From the NCBI GenBank assembly GCA_009914755.4, contig CP086569.2, positions 6,688,001-6,752,000 of the forward strand: a DNA stretch of 64,000 nt. Direction: 5' to 3'. Of this stretch, positions 51,763 through 64,000 are shown piece by piece. The notes under the pieces are model-generated. The model saw only the letters and a list, made by a program, of their open reading frames with translations, made no database searches and had not been told where the DNA came from. The first letter of the stretch is position 1. Each line of letters begins with the position of its first letter. Source of the DNA: the human T2T-CHM13v2.0 reference genome, Homo sapiens. The position numbers and the translations under genes are program-made.

Positions 51763-53339
51763 GTAAGCTCCTGACCCATACGAATCCTTTTAGTAAGGGA
51801 TGCCTGAACAGCCACTATTCCAGTGTCTCTGGTTCAAAGCAGTGCCCTTGAGGGAGTAGAGCAAGCCCAGGCTTCCCGGACAGACCCAGTAGATGCTGTC
51901 CATCTTGCACCCCATGTGGGTTGTGAGCTCTTCCCTCACCAGACACCTCCAGCAGCTCTTCTCCCTAAGGAAGGGCATCGTGTCTGCTGTCCTCAGGGCT
52001 CTTGGCCATTTGATTCCAAACCCTCACCTTGGCACATGTTCTTCCTTGAAGGAGCCACTGTCTTCTGTTCACTTTCTGAGCTCATGGCACGATACCTTCC
52101 ACCTTCCTCTTCCTCTTCTTAGCACTTATCACCAAAATGCTGCTTTCTAGATATTGAGGTTGGAGGGTGGGAGTGGGGGAGCAGCTAACAGGGGTGAGGC
52201 CAACTCAACATCCTCCACGCACACCAGCTCCTGCAGCTCCACCATAGAGAAGATCCGGGAGTAGGAAGGAATGTGTGTTTGCTGTTGTCATGCCACTTAG
52301 ATTTTTCAAATGAAAGTTTCTGTTTGAGTAAGTAAGGTGTGTATGTTGGGTTGTCCTTTTGCCATGGACTGAAAGGACATAGGATTTGAGTGAAGGTGGC
52401 TGGCTGCTGTGGGTATCTTGGGCCACACCTGAGGGTAGGAGAATCCCACTAAAAAGAGTAGAAAAAGGGATGGGAACGAGTACTGCACTGCATGAAGGAT
52501 TGTATAGGGCAGTTTGGAAAGGACTGTACAACACTTCATTTTATTCTGAGAGAGAAGTGATGATGCTCTAGGAGCTATTGAAAATAACCAAGGGGTCCCT
52601 TTAATCTTAGGAGGGATCACATGGCCCCTCCCCCATTCATCTGCATTTTCATTTTGGGTGTTTTTGGCTTGGTTGACATTCAGGTGCATTTACATCCTCA
52701 AGTTCATTCCCCCTGTGTACTCATGGGTGATGAGCAATGTTCACTGGCAAGGGGTCCACTGAGATCACAGGCTTCCCAGGGACCTCATGTGAACCACATC
52801 CTCTCAGGGAAGGAAGGGAAGTGGTGGACCCTGCGTAGAGCCAACCCAATGCCAAGCCCAGCCCCACAGCCCTAGGTAGCCCTCCGGGAAGCATGCATCT
52901 CGGGACTAGTGTGCAAGAGTCTCTGTTCATGGAATCCTTGCTAGAAATAGTAATGGGTGGATTTGTGAAAATATGTCAATCATCAAAAAAAAATGATACA
53001 ATCAGTTAGGAGGAGCTTATCATCAAGAACTCACTGAATCATTTCAGCTGTTTCTTGTAAATCAAGGAAATGCTTAGCGTTTCTCTTAAAAGAAATCTTA
53101 AAGCCCACTTTAATGTTCTGTAAGTATAAAAATATCTATCTATAATACTGTTGGTGTGCACCTGTCTTAGTTCAAGACACTACCTTTAAAGAGCCCAGTT
53201 GAGAACAGGTTTTGAGACAGCCCTCCTGGTCTTGGTCTTTAGATTTATCCTGCCTGTCACCATTAGTGAATCATGAGTGAAGGCTTATATGACCCTTTCT
53301 TCTTTTTTATAAAAACTTTTAAAATTAATTTTTGTACAG

Positions 53340-53452
53340 ACCGGTCTCACCGTGTTGTCCAGGCAGGTCTAGAACTCTTGAGCTCAAGCAATCTTCCTGT
53401 CTCAGTCTCCCAAAGGGCTGGGGATTACAGGCATGAGCCACCATACCTGGCC
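53340..53452 (-). mobile_element. Alu fragment (~110 bp)
   Basis: ccggtctcaccgtgttgtccaggcaggtctagaactcttgagctcaagcaatcttcctgtctcagtctcccaaagggctggggattacaggcatgagccaccatacctggcc. Confidence 0.8.
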
Positions 53453-53837
53453 TTATTTGACTCTTTCAAAGCCCTCTATTTTCCTCACCTCTTGAATATG
53501 TCAAGTTAATGCTCTTTTAAACCAGAAGCAAAGGTCTGGAATGTTTTCTGTTACACATATGTTACGCAATTTTCTTTCAAACATAAAATTACATTTCAAT
53601 TTCCAACATGTTAATACATTTAATGATGAATTACTGTCAATTCCCTTGCTGGTAGGTGAATTGTATTCATTCAGGTCAATTGTATTCATTCAGACACCAA
53701 GACAGGATTAGATGGGCAAGAGATTTATTGGGAGAAACAGCTGTGATGGAAACAGGGAAAGAGCTAGAGAAGGAAGAACTCAGACCATAAAGTCAGTCTG
53801 ACCCCTGGCCTTACAGGTCTATAGGAAGTCCGTGAGC

Positions 53838-54289
<452 letters not shown>

Positions 54290-54418
54290 TTAAATTTCAC
54301 CATGCTTGAAAATGTTCATGATCAAATATTAGGGGCAGGAGAAGTGCACATTCCACACCTGCATCTGTTGCAGGTGCCCTTCTCACTATAAGTAATAGTT
54401 AGTTACCTTGCCTTGCAG

Positions 54419-54520
54419 AGTGGAAGTCTCGTCCACAGCTACCAAGGCACTGGCGGTATCTTCGAGGTGTGCTGGAACGCCCGAGGAGATAAAGTGGGCG
54501 CCAGCGCGTCTGATGGCTCT
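54419..54520 (+). CDS. TBL1Y: TBL1-family exon: [34 protein letters not shown]
   Basis: Acceptor ccttgccttgcag|agt, donor tct|gtaagc. 34 codons, phase 0. Confidence 0.87.
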
Positions 54521-55801
54521 GTAAGCAACACCTCTGGTTTACCAGGGAACAGGGTGTTGGGGGAGGGGGATAAGTGAAATCAGGCAGCTGATGCCTAAGT
54601 GAAGTCAGGCAGCTGATGCCTAAGTGAGGGGCATGTGTGTTGCTCATGTCCTGAAGGGTCTAGCCCAGTGCTGAGGGAAGCTTTTAGGATGGATCCCATC
54701 TGGGAATGGCCTTCTCCTTGTCCCTTCCAGAATGTCCTTCTAATTAACATTTTCTCAGTTAAATTGGTGGTTCTCAACCAAGGTGATTCTGCACCTCTGA
54801 GGACATTAGACAATATGTGGAGGAATTTTAAGTTGTCACTGTAGTCATGTGTTGTGTAATGATGGGAGTGTGTTTTGAGAAATGCATCGTTAGGTGCTTT
54901 TATCTTTGTCTGAACATCATGGAGTAAACTGACTCAATCCTAAATGATAAGACCTATACACACCTAGGTTGTACAGTAAAGCCTATTGCTCCCAGGCTAC
55001 ATACCTGAACAGCAGGTGACTGTACTGAATACTATAGGCAACTGTAATGCAATGATAAGCATTTGTGCATCTAGACCTATCTAAACAGAAAACATTCAGC
55101 AGAAATATGATATAATAATCTTATGGGACTACCGTGTTCTGTGAGGTATGTTGATGGAATGGTCATTATGTGGTACATGACTGCTTAGTTGGGGATGCCA
55201 CTGGCATCCTGTGGGCAGAGCTCAGTGATGCTACTAAAACTCCTACCATGAACAGGGCAGTCCCAGTTTTCATCCATGCTGAGGCTGAGAAGTCTGGGCC
55301 TCTGGTGGCCATCCAGCAGGTCTCCTGGGCACTCTTCTTCTCCCATGGGGCATCTGGATTTTTTATTTGCCCCTGGACTTGAGATTGCCTTTACCTCTGA
55401 GGCAACAGCAGTCTGGCTGACTGTCCAGGCATCAGTGTAGCCCCCAAATATCGTCAGAGATCATGTATTTGGGCTTGTGTTGCCATCTGCCCCACAGTTG
55501 CAGGTGTCTGTTTTGGGACCCCTGCCAATTGTCTCTCCCACTGTGTTAATTCCTAGAATTGTTCTTAACCTGGCCTTTCTGCTATGTGCTGTTTGCTTTG
55601 GTTTGATTGGTCCAATGTCCATATGCCAGTCTGTTATGAGAGCTTCTCTGATCCTTCATAACGATGTTCCAATGAAACTTTACTCACAAAAATTGGTGGA
55701 GACCTAGACTGGGCATGAGGGCCGTAGTTTGCTGACCTCTCACTCTAAAGGCATCTTTGGGTTATTTCTGAAGATGACAAGTACTTTGTCTTTCCTTCCA
55801 G

Positions 55802-55822
55802 GTGTGTGTTCTGGATCTGTGA
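55802..55822 (+). CDS. TBL1Y: TBL1-family terminal coding exon: VCVLDL followed by TGA stop (55820..55822); the 3' UTR continues downstream
   Basis: Acceptor tctttccttccag|gtg, in phase with the previous exon. The sequence is gtgtgtgttctggatctgTGAaagtaa. Paralogues that I recall end ...CVLDLRK*. Confidence 0.8.
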   Translation: MCVLDL

Positions 55823-56024
55823 AAGTAAACACAAAATATAGAAAAAAAGAAAAGAATTCTAATGACCTGCCTTGAATGCATGGGGTTGCAGCTCTGTTCA
55901 AACACAATTCTATCAGCTCCAAAATGTGTGAACTTGACTTGTGTTAGAGTATATTCTGAAACCAACTTGTCCCAGGCCACAGGAGTGTATATGTTTCATA
56001 ATCTTTATCAAGAAGTTTGTTGTT

Positions 56025-56313
<289 letters not shown>

Positions 56314-56902
56314 TCAAGAAGTTTTAAAAAGCAAACAAAAACAGAAGCAAATGAACAGTCCTATTAAAGGGGGAGAGAATGGTTTCCACCGAGGACATTT
56401 AGCCCAGGAAGCAGCAAGTCAGCAGCTCGAGGTGACGGAAGAGGCTCTGTGATGGCTGGTCAGAAAGAAATTTTAAAAGTTGTGCCAAAAAAAGAGAAGC
56501 AAATGCTTCTGATCAAACAGGGAATTAAAAAAAAAAAAAAACACCAGCCCTCTTCCTTGGGGTGTTTTCTGGTTTGTTTTCCTTAACAATCTGGACAGCA
56601 CCATTGCTCTCACAAAGGATGTGCAAAGACCAGTTTGTATACCAATAAGATGTGCGAGTTTGTAATCCCAACACTTTCCATTTTCCAGCATCTTCTTTGT
56701 TGGCTGGTTTTTCTATCAGTTGGAATTCTGTCATCTGGGGCCTTCTTATATCTGAGATGGAAACTGTTTTGCATTTCCTGTCTTTTTCCTCTGTTGCTCC
56801 CTGCCCCCCTTCCACCTTTCGATGAGGTCTGGTTTTTCAGTGCACCCTCAAGAGATGCAGCCACATGGACGTGAAGACAAAATCTCCAATGGACAGCTTT
56901 CC

Positions 56903-57000
56903 CCCTTCTCCCCTCTCCCATCCTACCCTTCCCTTGCTCTCTCACGCTCTCTCTCTCTCCCCCTTCCTCTCTCCCCCTTCCCTCCTTCCCTCTGTACCTT
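56903..57000. repeat. Pyrimidine-rich (CT/CCCT) low-complexity tract
   Basis: ccccttctcccctctcccatcctacccttcccttgctctctcacgctctctctctctcccccttcctctctcccccttccctccttccctctg. Confidence 0.8.
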
Positions 57001-60000
57001 TGTCATGGTTGCTTCAGATCTTAGGTGTCAAGGACACACTGGTGCATAATAAGTGCTTTATGTAGAAGGTAGGACAGGGGACTTTTTAACAGAAGAAAAA
57101 TAATGCCTTATAAGAGAAAAGAGCCTGGAATACTTATAGGAAAAAAAAATTCATGTTAAAGCGATTTTAAAATCCTAAAATGGCCATCAGACAGAAAGAG
57201 CTTTGTTTGATTTATGTTTTAAAAAGAACTGAAGAAGCCACAGTTGGGGCTTGAAGGATTCCCTGGCTTTCCCCTCAGTCTCAGGAAAGGTGGTCAGAAA
57301 ACTCCAGGTGGACAAGGGTTACCCCTAGGGGTCAGCAGTGAGATTGCTCTGTAGCCAGTGAGGGAGGTCCCAGCCATGCCAGTTGGAAGAAGAACCTTGC
57401 ATCCTTCAGTGTGTGCATACTTTGGCAGCTGTCAGGAAAGCAGTGAAGGACCACATGCTCTCTAGCCTCAAGGGAGTGTTGGCAGAACAAAAAGGTACTG
57501 CCGAAGCCCTAGAAACTGACAGCTTGGCTGGATTTGGCCTGTTGGCTACATCTTTGCCACAGCCATGTTATGAGTGATGGTCATTTCTCCAAGAGCTGGC
57601 CTGGCTAGTAATTGCAGAGGCTCCTGCATGTCACTTGGTCTAACGATGACAAAAATGAATGTGGAAGGAAGATTTTAGTCCTGGAAGGGAAATATTGACT
57701 TAGAATGACACTAACACTTTCTGCCGTCTTTATAATTTCTTTCTCTCATCAAGATTAGGACAAATATATATATATATACACACATATATTTTTAATGAAT
57801 CTTCGTACTTTTTTTTAAAGAAAATTAAAAATGGTGTTCCTTGAAGGGCTTCATTTCATTGTATCAGGTGACATTTGTCCTCTTATTGTCATAACCCAAC
57901 ACTGACTTATTTTTTTAATTAGCAAGGGCGAAAAGGTATCAAAGACAAAGGCCTCTTCTCCCATTTGTTTTTCCTGTGGGCAGAAGAAGGGCTGAGGAAG
58001 TTGGCCTGGCCTGTGGGGGCTGCTTCTTCACTGGCAGTGTTGCAGTCTGCTGCGTGTGTTCCAGGAGTGAGACAGGGTGTTATTGTGAGGGTGGTGTCCA
58101 TCTGCAGAGCCAAAAATCAGACATCAGGGAAGGGCCAGGGCTTCCTATGGAACTTGGAATTCACCACAACCCCTACAAAAGCCAGAGTCTGTTGATCATT
58201 CTAGATCATTGATTGGCCTTTGCTTGGATATGTGAATTATTCAAGCCTCAGAAGACCAAAATATCTGCTTCCAAGGTGAGTATCTTATTTGGGCTGTATT
58301 TCCAAAACAGTTAGCAAAGCAGGCCACAGTGATGTAGTGGTTTCACAACACCCATCTTTGAAGGAGCTGGTATCCACAGATGAGGTGATGATTTCCCCTC
58401 CCGGGGACTCATTGGGGTTAGGGTATGGTTTGTCAAGGACCAAATGACACTGTCTTTATGCCTCCCAAATAAAAATACATCCATCTCTGCAGAGCATCAG
58501 CTGTCAGAGGTCAGCCTGTCATCAGGACATGACTTAGGCTTGACAAACCAGAAACAACTGTGCAATAGTAATGGTGGGATGTGTTGCAAGCGATTCACTA
58601 GACAATCTTCACATGAAGGTCAGTAGCCAGGGTCTCTTCCAAGGATTGGCTTTAGTCTGGATGAATTGCTAGGTAGAAGCCTGGTTTGGGAGGCCTTGGA
58701 CCCCAGGCTCCATCACTGGCTTCTCTAGCCTGAGGCCAGAGAGGTCCTTCCTGTGGCTGCATGCAGGACCAAGCATGAGAATGCAGCTAGCATCCGCCAC
58801 ATCTACCCCAGTTCTCATCAGAACAACACCATGGACAGCTGTTTCCATAGCCTCCAGTGTTTGCACATCACTCCTCACCCTGTGTGCTGCTGGAATGTTA
58901 GTAGAGCCATCCCTGTAACCAAGGAATGGCCTGAGCGGAATGCTATTGTTCAATGTTGTTTACAGCTCTTAAAACACAGTGAGGAATGCCTAAGTCATAG
59001 AGACCAAATTTGACCTTGAAGGCAGACATGACACACCTTGTCCAAGGGGGACCAAAAGGGTAGGACATTACAGGCTGAAACCCTCTGACCCCTCATGACA
59101 ATGTAGGACGTGACTTTTGTCTTCTTAAGAAATAGGTCATGGAGCCAAGTGAAGTGCACTTTGTCAAATGTAAGGGTCCGCTTGTTACTCATTTTCTGTT
59201 TGTTAACCTTTTTTTCCATCATTTAACAAAAACCAATCTTACATTTCTTGTCAAATGCAGAAATGTTTATTCTGGCAATCAGTGAAGTTTTGCATTGTGT
59301 GTCAGATATATAGCCGGACATGTTCTCTGTCCCCATTTTTCAGATTCTGTTCAGATGACATCAACCCATTTCATTCCCCCCACCACCTCACCCTTACACC
59401 CTTTGGGAAAAGAAAATCACCTTGTGTGCTGTAGCTCATTTGTTTCAAGACAGAATCAACAGATCATATTTGGCATCATGAATAAATTGCTCTATTTTGA
59501 TACTGAAGAACTTGGTGGGTGTGCTTTCTTCCTCTCCCTCTGGAGCTCTTAGGCCCATGTTGACACCAGTGAATGAAGACAGAGTTCTGTATTTTCTCCA
59601 GAAGGAAATACTTTGCATACCTCTATCCAGGATTGCTGTGTGAGATAGAGAGCAGGGGGCGGAATGCAGTGATGTGGTGTTGACAGCAGCCTCTGGCTGA
59701 AAGGTAGGCTTTTTAGTGTGTTTCCTTTTCACTATTTTATTTAGGCTACCTATTGGGAAAAGTTAAAGCAAATGAATGTTCTCTCAGCGGGATGGTTGGT
59801 TGGGTTCCCAAATTAGCCATGAGTAATTTGAAGAACCTAAAGTTACAGGATGGGGCAACTTACGGCATGGACTTCTGCACAGTGCAGACCAATATGTGGC
59901 AAACATTTACTGACATTTGCTCTGTGCATGTTTCTGTTTATGCCAGTTTAATAGGTGGCTGTTATATAATGTAATTAATTAATGGATATTGATTGCCATC

Positions 60001-60828
60001 TGCATTCTATGAAGGAGGCAGTAGATTCTAGGAGGTGAAGACATGGCTTACTCTAAGGTTTCACTGTGCAGGTGAGTCAGTCAGTCATTTCCCTCTAATC
60101 TTGCTTGTTCCACACAAGGACAAAGCAAATGGCTGGGGGTGCAGAGGCTTTTATGGGTGGTTCCCTGGGAAAGATCTGAGAACCCGCATATCTGAGACAG
60201 GCCTCAGTCTCAGTTAATTCAGAAAGTTTATTTTGCCAAGGTTGAGGATGCATGCCTGTGGCAGCCTCAGGAGGTCCTGATGACATTTGTCCAAGGTCAT
60301 CAGAGCACACTTTGGTTTTATACATTCTAGGGAGACATGAGACATCAACCAACATGTGTAAGATGAACAGTGGTTCAGTCCAGAAAAGGTGGGACAACTT
60401 GAAGCACAGGTGAAGCAGGGAGGGGGCTTCCAGGTCATAGGTAGCTAAGAAACAAATAGTTTGCTTAACAAACACTCTTTCCAGTCTGGGTTCTTTGTCT
60501 CTGGAGTGTCTCATCCAAGGCATGTTAAGCAAAGCAAGAAGAGGTTATCATTCCCTTCCGGAGAACAGAGAGAGGGAACAGCAGGGACAGAAATGAAGGA
60601 TATTCATAAGAGCAACCTTCAGGTAGAATGTGAGGTGAATTCTCTGTAGAACGGGGCTTTTGTTAGGAATAGTTACATCCTCATGAAAAAGATACTTATT
60701 TAGAGACACTCTGCAGGAAGTAAACAGGTGGGAGTATGCTCTCTTCTGTAACAATATCTGCACATGATGATGATGATAGTCTCACTTTGAAATGGGGTGA
60801 AATGAGTAGACTATAAGAAAGTTTTTTA

Positions 60829-61035
60829 GCCTAGGCAACATAGTGAGACCACATATCTACAAAAAAAATTACTCAGGCATGGTGTCGAGTGCCTGTGATC
60901 TCAGCAGGTTGGGAGGCTGAGGTGAGAGGATCATTAAGCCCAGGAGGTTGAGGCTGCCTGCAGTGACCCATGACAAGACCACCACTTTCCTTAATCCTAA
61001 GTGACAGAGTGAGATCCTGCCAAACAAAGCAAAAC
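60829..61035 (+). mobile_element. Partial Alu (right arm)
   Basis: agcctaggcaacatagtgagaccacatatctacaaaaaaaattactcaggcatggtgtcgagtgcctgtgatctcagcaggttgggaggctgaggtgagaggatcattaagcccaggaggttgaggctgc.... Confidence 0.75.
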
Positions 61036-62519
61036 ACTTTTTTTATGTTGAGGCAGATAAACTAGGCAGTAAACTAAAATCAAATACAATCCCTCTGATG
61101 GAACAGTCATCTTCACTCCAAGCTACACCTCTGTTGTCACCTCCTTCTCACAGGCCAACCTACACTTCTTGCTGTACATTCCAGTTCCCTCATACCTCTT
61201 CAAGAACTTTCCTGCAATCATCACCATTACTTTCTCTCCACTCCGTCATTCCTGTAGCACCCCCAAGGTACTCGAGCACCTGCCATCTTCAAAACGTGAC
61301 TTGAGCACTTGCCATCTTCAAAACAGTAATAACAAAACAAGCCAAATTCTCTGCAGCAAACAGTCTTACAGGGAAGTCACTCAGAACCAAGACTGGCCAG
61401 CTTCTCATCTTTTCATGTGTTTGCCCAATTGTCTCCTCATTTCCTGTGTTGCCCTAATACACATCCTGATGATCATTTTTCCATCCCCAGTACGTAGGCT
61501 TGGCCCAGTTCCTGTCAAGTCACCTTGACAAGGCATCCAGTCACCCTCTCACTTAGCTGTGCTCTTCAGGTCAAAGCCACATGCATGAGTATCAGCTGGT
61601 GATGCTTGGTGTCTCAACTGGGAGTCATCATCTTGGCTGAATAATCGGTTCTCAGCATTCTTGTTGGAGAGCTTCAAAATCCGACTCTGGCTAATGTAAG
61701 CCCAAAGGAATAAATGGGCCTGATACTGGCAAGCTTTGAGAAATTGGAGAATGAGGCTCAGAGGGCACACAGACAAGAACTGCCAAAAGCAGGCTGCAAC
61801 ACTGGGCTCATGAAGATCATCGATATGGCAGTGGGTGTTGCCCACACCCTGAAGGCTGGACTGGCTCTGGAGGCACACTCAACGCTGCCTCCCAGAGTGG
61901 GCTTGCCTGCTGCCGTGGCCTCTCCAGAAGTGCTTTTCTGCAGCTCATTCCCTTGGACGTGAGCTGGTAACTTGAGAGAGGTGCCTAATTGGCTCTGCCA
62001 GGTCACATGCCTTGCTCTAGCTGCAAGGGAGGCTATAAAAGCCTCTTTGCTTTTGAACTGGGGGGTAGGGCTGTGCCTCATCAGGTAGGAAGATATCCCC
62101 AAATAGAGGAAGGCCTTCTGATGTTGGGAGCTCAGGGGAGTGGAGACAGAATGCCCCTACTGAGATGAAGAATGCACATTTCCCTAGAAAATCTAAAATG
62201 TGTTCACATTTCCTTGATACTTTTGGTCAAGGTGTGTGAAGTCTAGCCCAGGCTGACCCTTAGGAGGGTGAAGAAACAGTTATGGAGAGAGTTGGGGCAG
62301 CCCTGGGCAGGCACTACCTTATAGTGTGCTCAGAATCCATCTGCAACCCTGTGACTCCAGAAGTACACATGAAGAACCTTCCTGCGCTCGATATTCCTGA
62401 TACAAAGGGAGGTGTCACATGGCAGAGCTGTCTGCAGTATCCTGAGAAAATATTCTGTCTTGCTTTTCTGTATACCTACTGGTGGTTTATAATCCCCATG
62501 CATATTGCAACATTTTTGT

Positions 62520-63950
62520 AAAATGTAAAACAATAATACTATACATACACACAAGGGAACTTCAAAAAGTTCAGAACATACATATGAAAAAGCAGTGGAT
62601 TTCACAACACTTTTTTCATCAAAATAAGCTCATGCTAACTTGTTACAACATGTTTGAATAGTATCTAGTTTGAAGCACTATAAAGTGTGAGACATCAGTT
62701 TGATTAAAGCAGAGCAACATTTTGTTAAAATTGAAACAATAACATCAAAGTTAAGGTGAAGTCTGGGGGGAAGAATTGTGAAATCATTGATGTTTTATAA
62801 AAAGTTTATGAGCACAGTGTCCCAAAGAGATAAGCAGTTTACAAATGGATAACTTGTTTTAATAAGGAATGATGATATTGAAGATGAAGCCTGCAGTGGC
62901 AGACCATGCACATCAATTTGTAAGAAACAAATTCTTGTTCATGCCCTAATTGATGAGGACCAGTGATTAACAGCAGAAACAACAGCTAGCACCACAGACA
63001 TCTCAACTGGTTCAACTTACACAATCTGACTGGAACATTCAAGTTGTGCAAACTTTACACTCAGGTTCCAAAACTGTTGTGCCCACATTAGTTGCAGACA
63101 AGAGTTAAGCTTTCAGTGGAAATTTGAAACAAGTGGGATGAAGATCCTGAGGGCTTTCTACAAAGAATTGTAACAGGAGACCAAACACAGCTTTATCAAT
63201 ACAATCCTGAAGGCAAAGCACACTCAAAGGAATGGCTACCAAGTGAAAGCATAAGTAGAGTGGTCAGTAGGTCATGACAACAGTTTTCTTTCTTTCTTTT
63301 CTTTTCTTTTCTTTTCCTTTTTTTTTTTTCATGCTTAGGGCATTTTCCTTGCTGATTTTCTGGAGGGCCAAAGAATGATAGCATCTGCTTATACAAAAAT
63401 GGTTTTGAGAACGTCAAAGCTTTAGCAGAAAAATGCCCAGAAGTTTCACCAGGGTGTCCTTTTCCAGCACAACAAGGTTCCTGCTCATTAATCTCATCAA
63501 ACAAGGGCAGTCTTGCAAAAGTTTCCATGGGAAATCATTGGGCATCCACCGTACAGTCCTGATGTGGTTCCTTCTGACTTCTCTTGTTTCTTAATCTTTA
63601 AGGGGCATCTTTTTTGTATTTTTTTTTCAGTTGTTAGTGTAGAAAAGACTGCATTGACATGGTTAAGTGCTGAGGACCTTCAGTTCTTTAGGGTTGGATT
63701 AAATGGCTGCTGTCGTTTACATAATGTGTTGAACTTGATGAGCTTATCAACGTTGAGAAATGAAGTTTCTATTTTTTATTTCCATTTTTATTCTATTTTT
63801 TTAATGGACTTTTTGAAGTTCCTTTCCTTAACTGATGGAAAGATGAGAACACAGGCAATTTTCTGGGCATTAATCAGGTTCCAGTTAGACTATGTTGTTA
63901 TTCAGGACAGCATTGGGACCAAAAGGCTAAATTCATGATGAAAGATACAC
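62520..63950 (+). mobile_element. Tc1/mariner-family DNA transposon relic (Hsmar-like), decayed transposase with frameshifts and a (TTTC)n/poly(T) insertion at ~63286..63333
   Basis: The conceptual + strand translation shows mariner transposase landmarks in order: HTH ..CSGRPCTS.., central ..KAKHTQRNGYQV.., and the C-terminal WEIIGHPPYSPDVVPSDF (mariner HPPYSPDLAPSD(F/Y)HLF motif, ORF-track 63513..63938). Multiple stops and frameshifts. The ends and ITRs are not resolved. Confidence 0.6.
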
Positions 63951-63952
63951 TC

Positions 63953-64000
63953 CCAGCTGAGCAAGGTGGCTCATGCATGTAATCGCAGCACTTTGGGAGG
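63953..64000 (+). mobile_element. Alu SINE 5' end, truncated by the window end
   Basis: agctgagcaaggtggctcatgcatgtaatcgcagcactttgggagg. Confidence 0.85.

Noticed and set aside
60095-60532. 145-codon minus-strand ORF downstream of the gene
   Set aside because: No recognisable domain or motif. It overlaps an old interspersed repeat (homologous to 16.3 kb) and low-complexity sequence, and there are no splice or start context signals. Most likely a chance ORF.
63196-63528. 110-codon minus-strand ORF rich in K/R/E
   Set aside because: It lies antisense to the mariner relic and spans the (TTTC)n/(GAAA)n insertion, which gives the lysine/glutamate-rich run; a repeat artefact.

Overview
This window is primate (human-like) nuclear genomic DNA, dense in Alu/L1/ERV repeats and almost entirely intronic. 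The + strand carries the 3' part of a TBL1-family WD40 gene, transducin-beta-like 1 (F-box-like/WD40, NCoR/SMRT corepressor subunit). I reconstructed 13 consecutive coding exons (7309..55822) with canonical AG/GT splice sites and mutually consistent phases. The run starts at ...[16 protein letters not shown] and ends at the stop codon (...SVCVLDL*). The exon encoding the initiator Met/LisH start is not in the window and is presumably upstream. The residues differ from what I recall of TBL1X/TBL1XR1 (for example [37 protein letters not shown]), so the best candidate is the Y-linked paralogue TBL1Y; this is assigned from memory, not from a search. The 20.8 kb intron between the first two exons holds a ~7 kb class-I endogenous retrovirus provirus, antisense to the gene. 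It has two LTRs with 28-bp U3 tandem repeats, a PPT, pol RNase H and env SU/TM remnants, and its 5' LTR ends about 150 bp upstream of the next coding exon. The same intron also contains a HERV-W-type solo LTR (LTR17) nested in another LTR element, L1 3' fragments and many Alus. Other points worth a second look: a head-to-head inverted Alu pair about 100 bp upstream of an exon; a MaLR (THE1/MST) LTR with a partly inverted local duplicate; an exon whose acceptor region is built from an Alu fragment next to a ~300-bp AT-rich microsatellite; and a decayed mariner-type DNA transposon downstream of the gene. No rRNA, tRNA or CRISPR features are supported.
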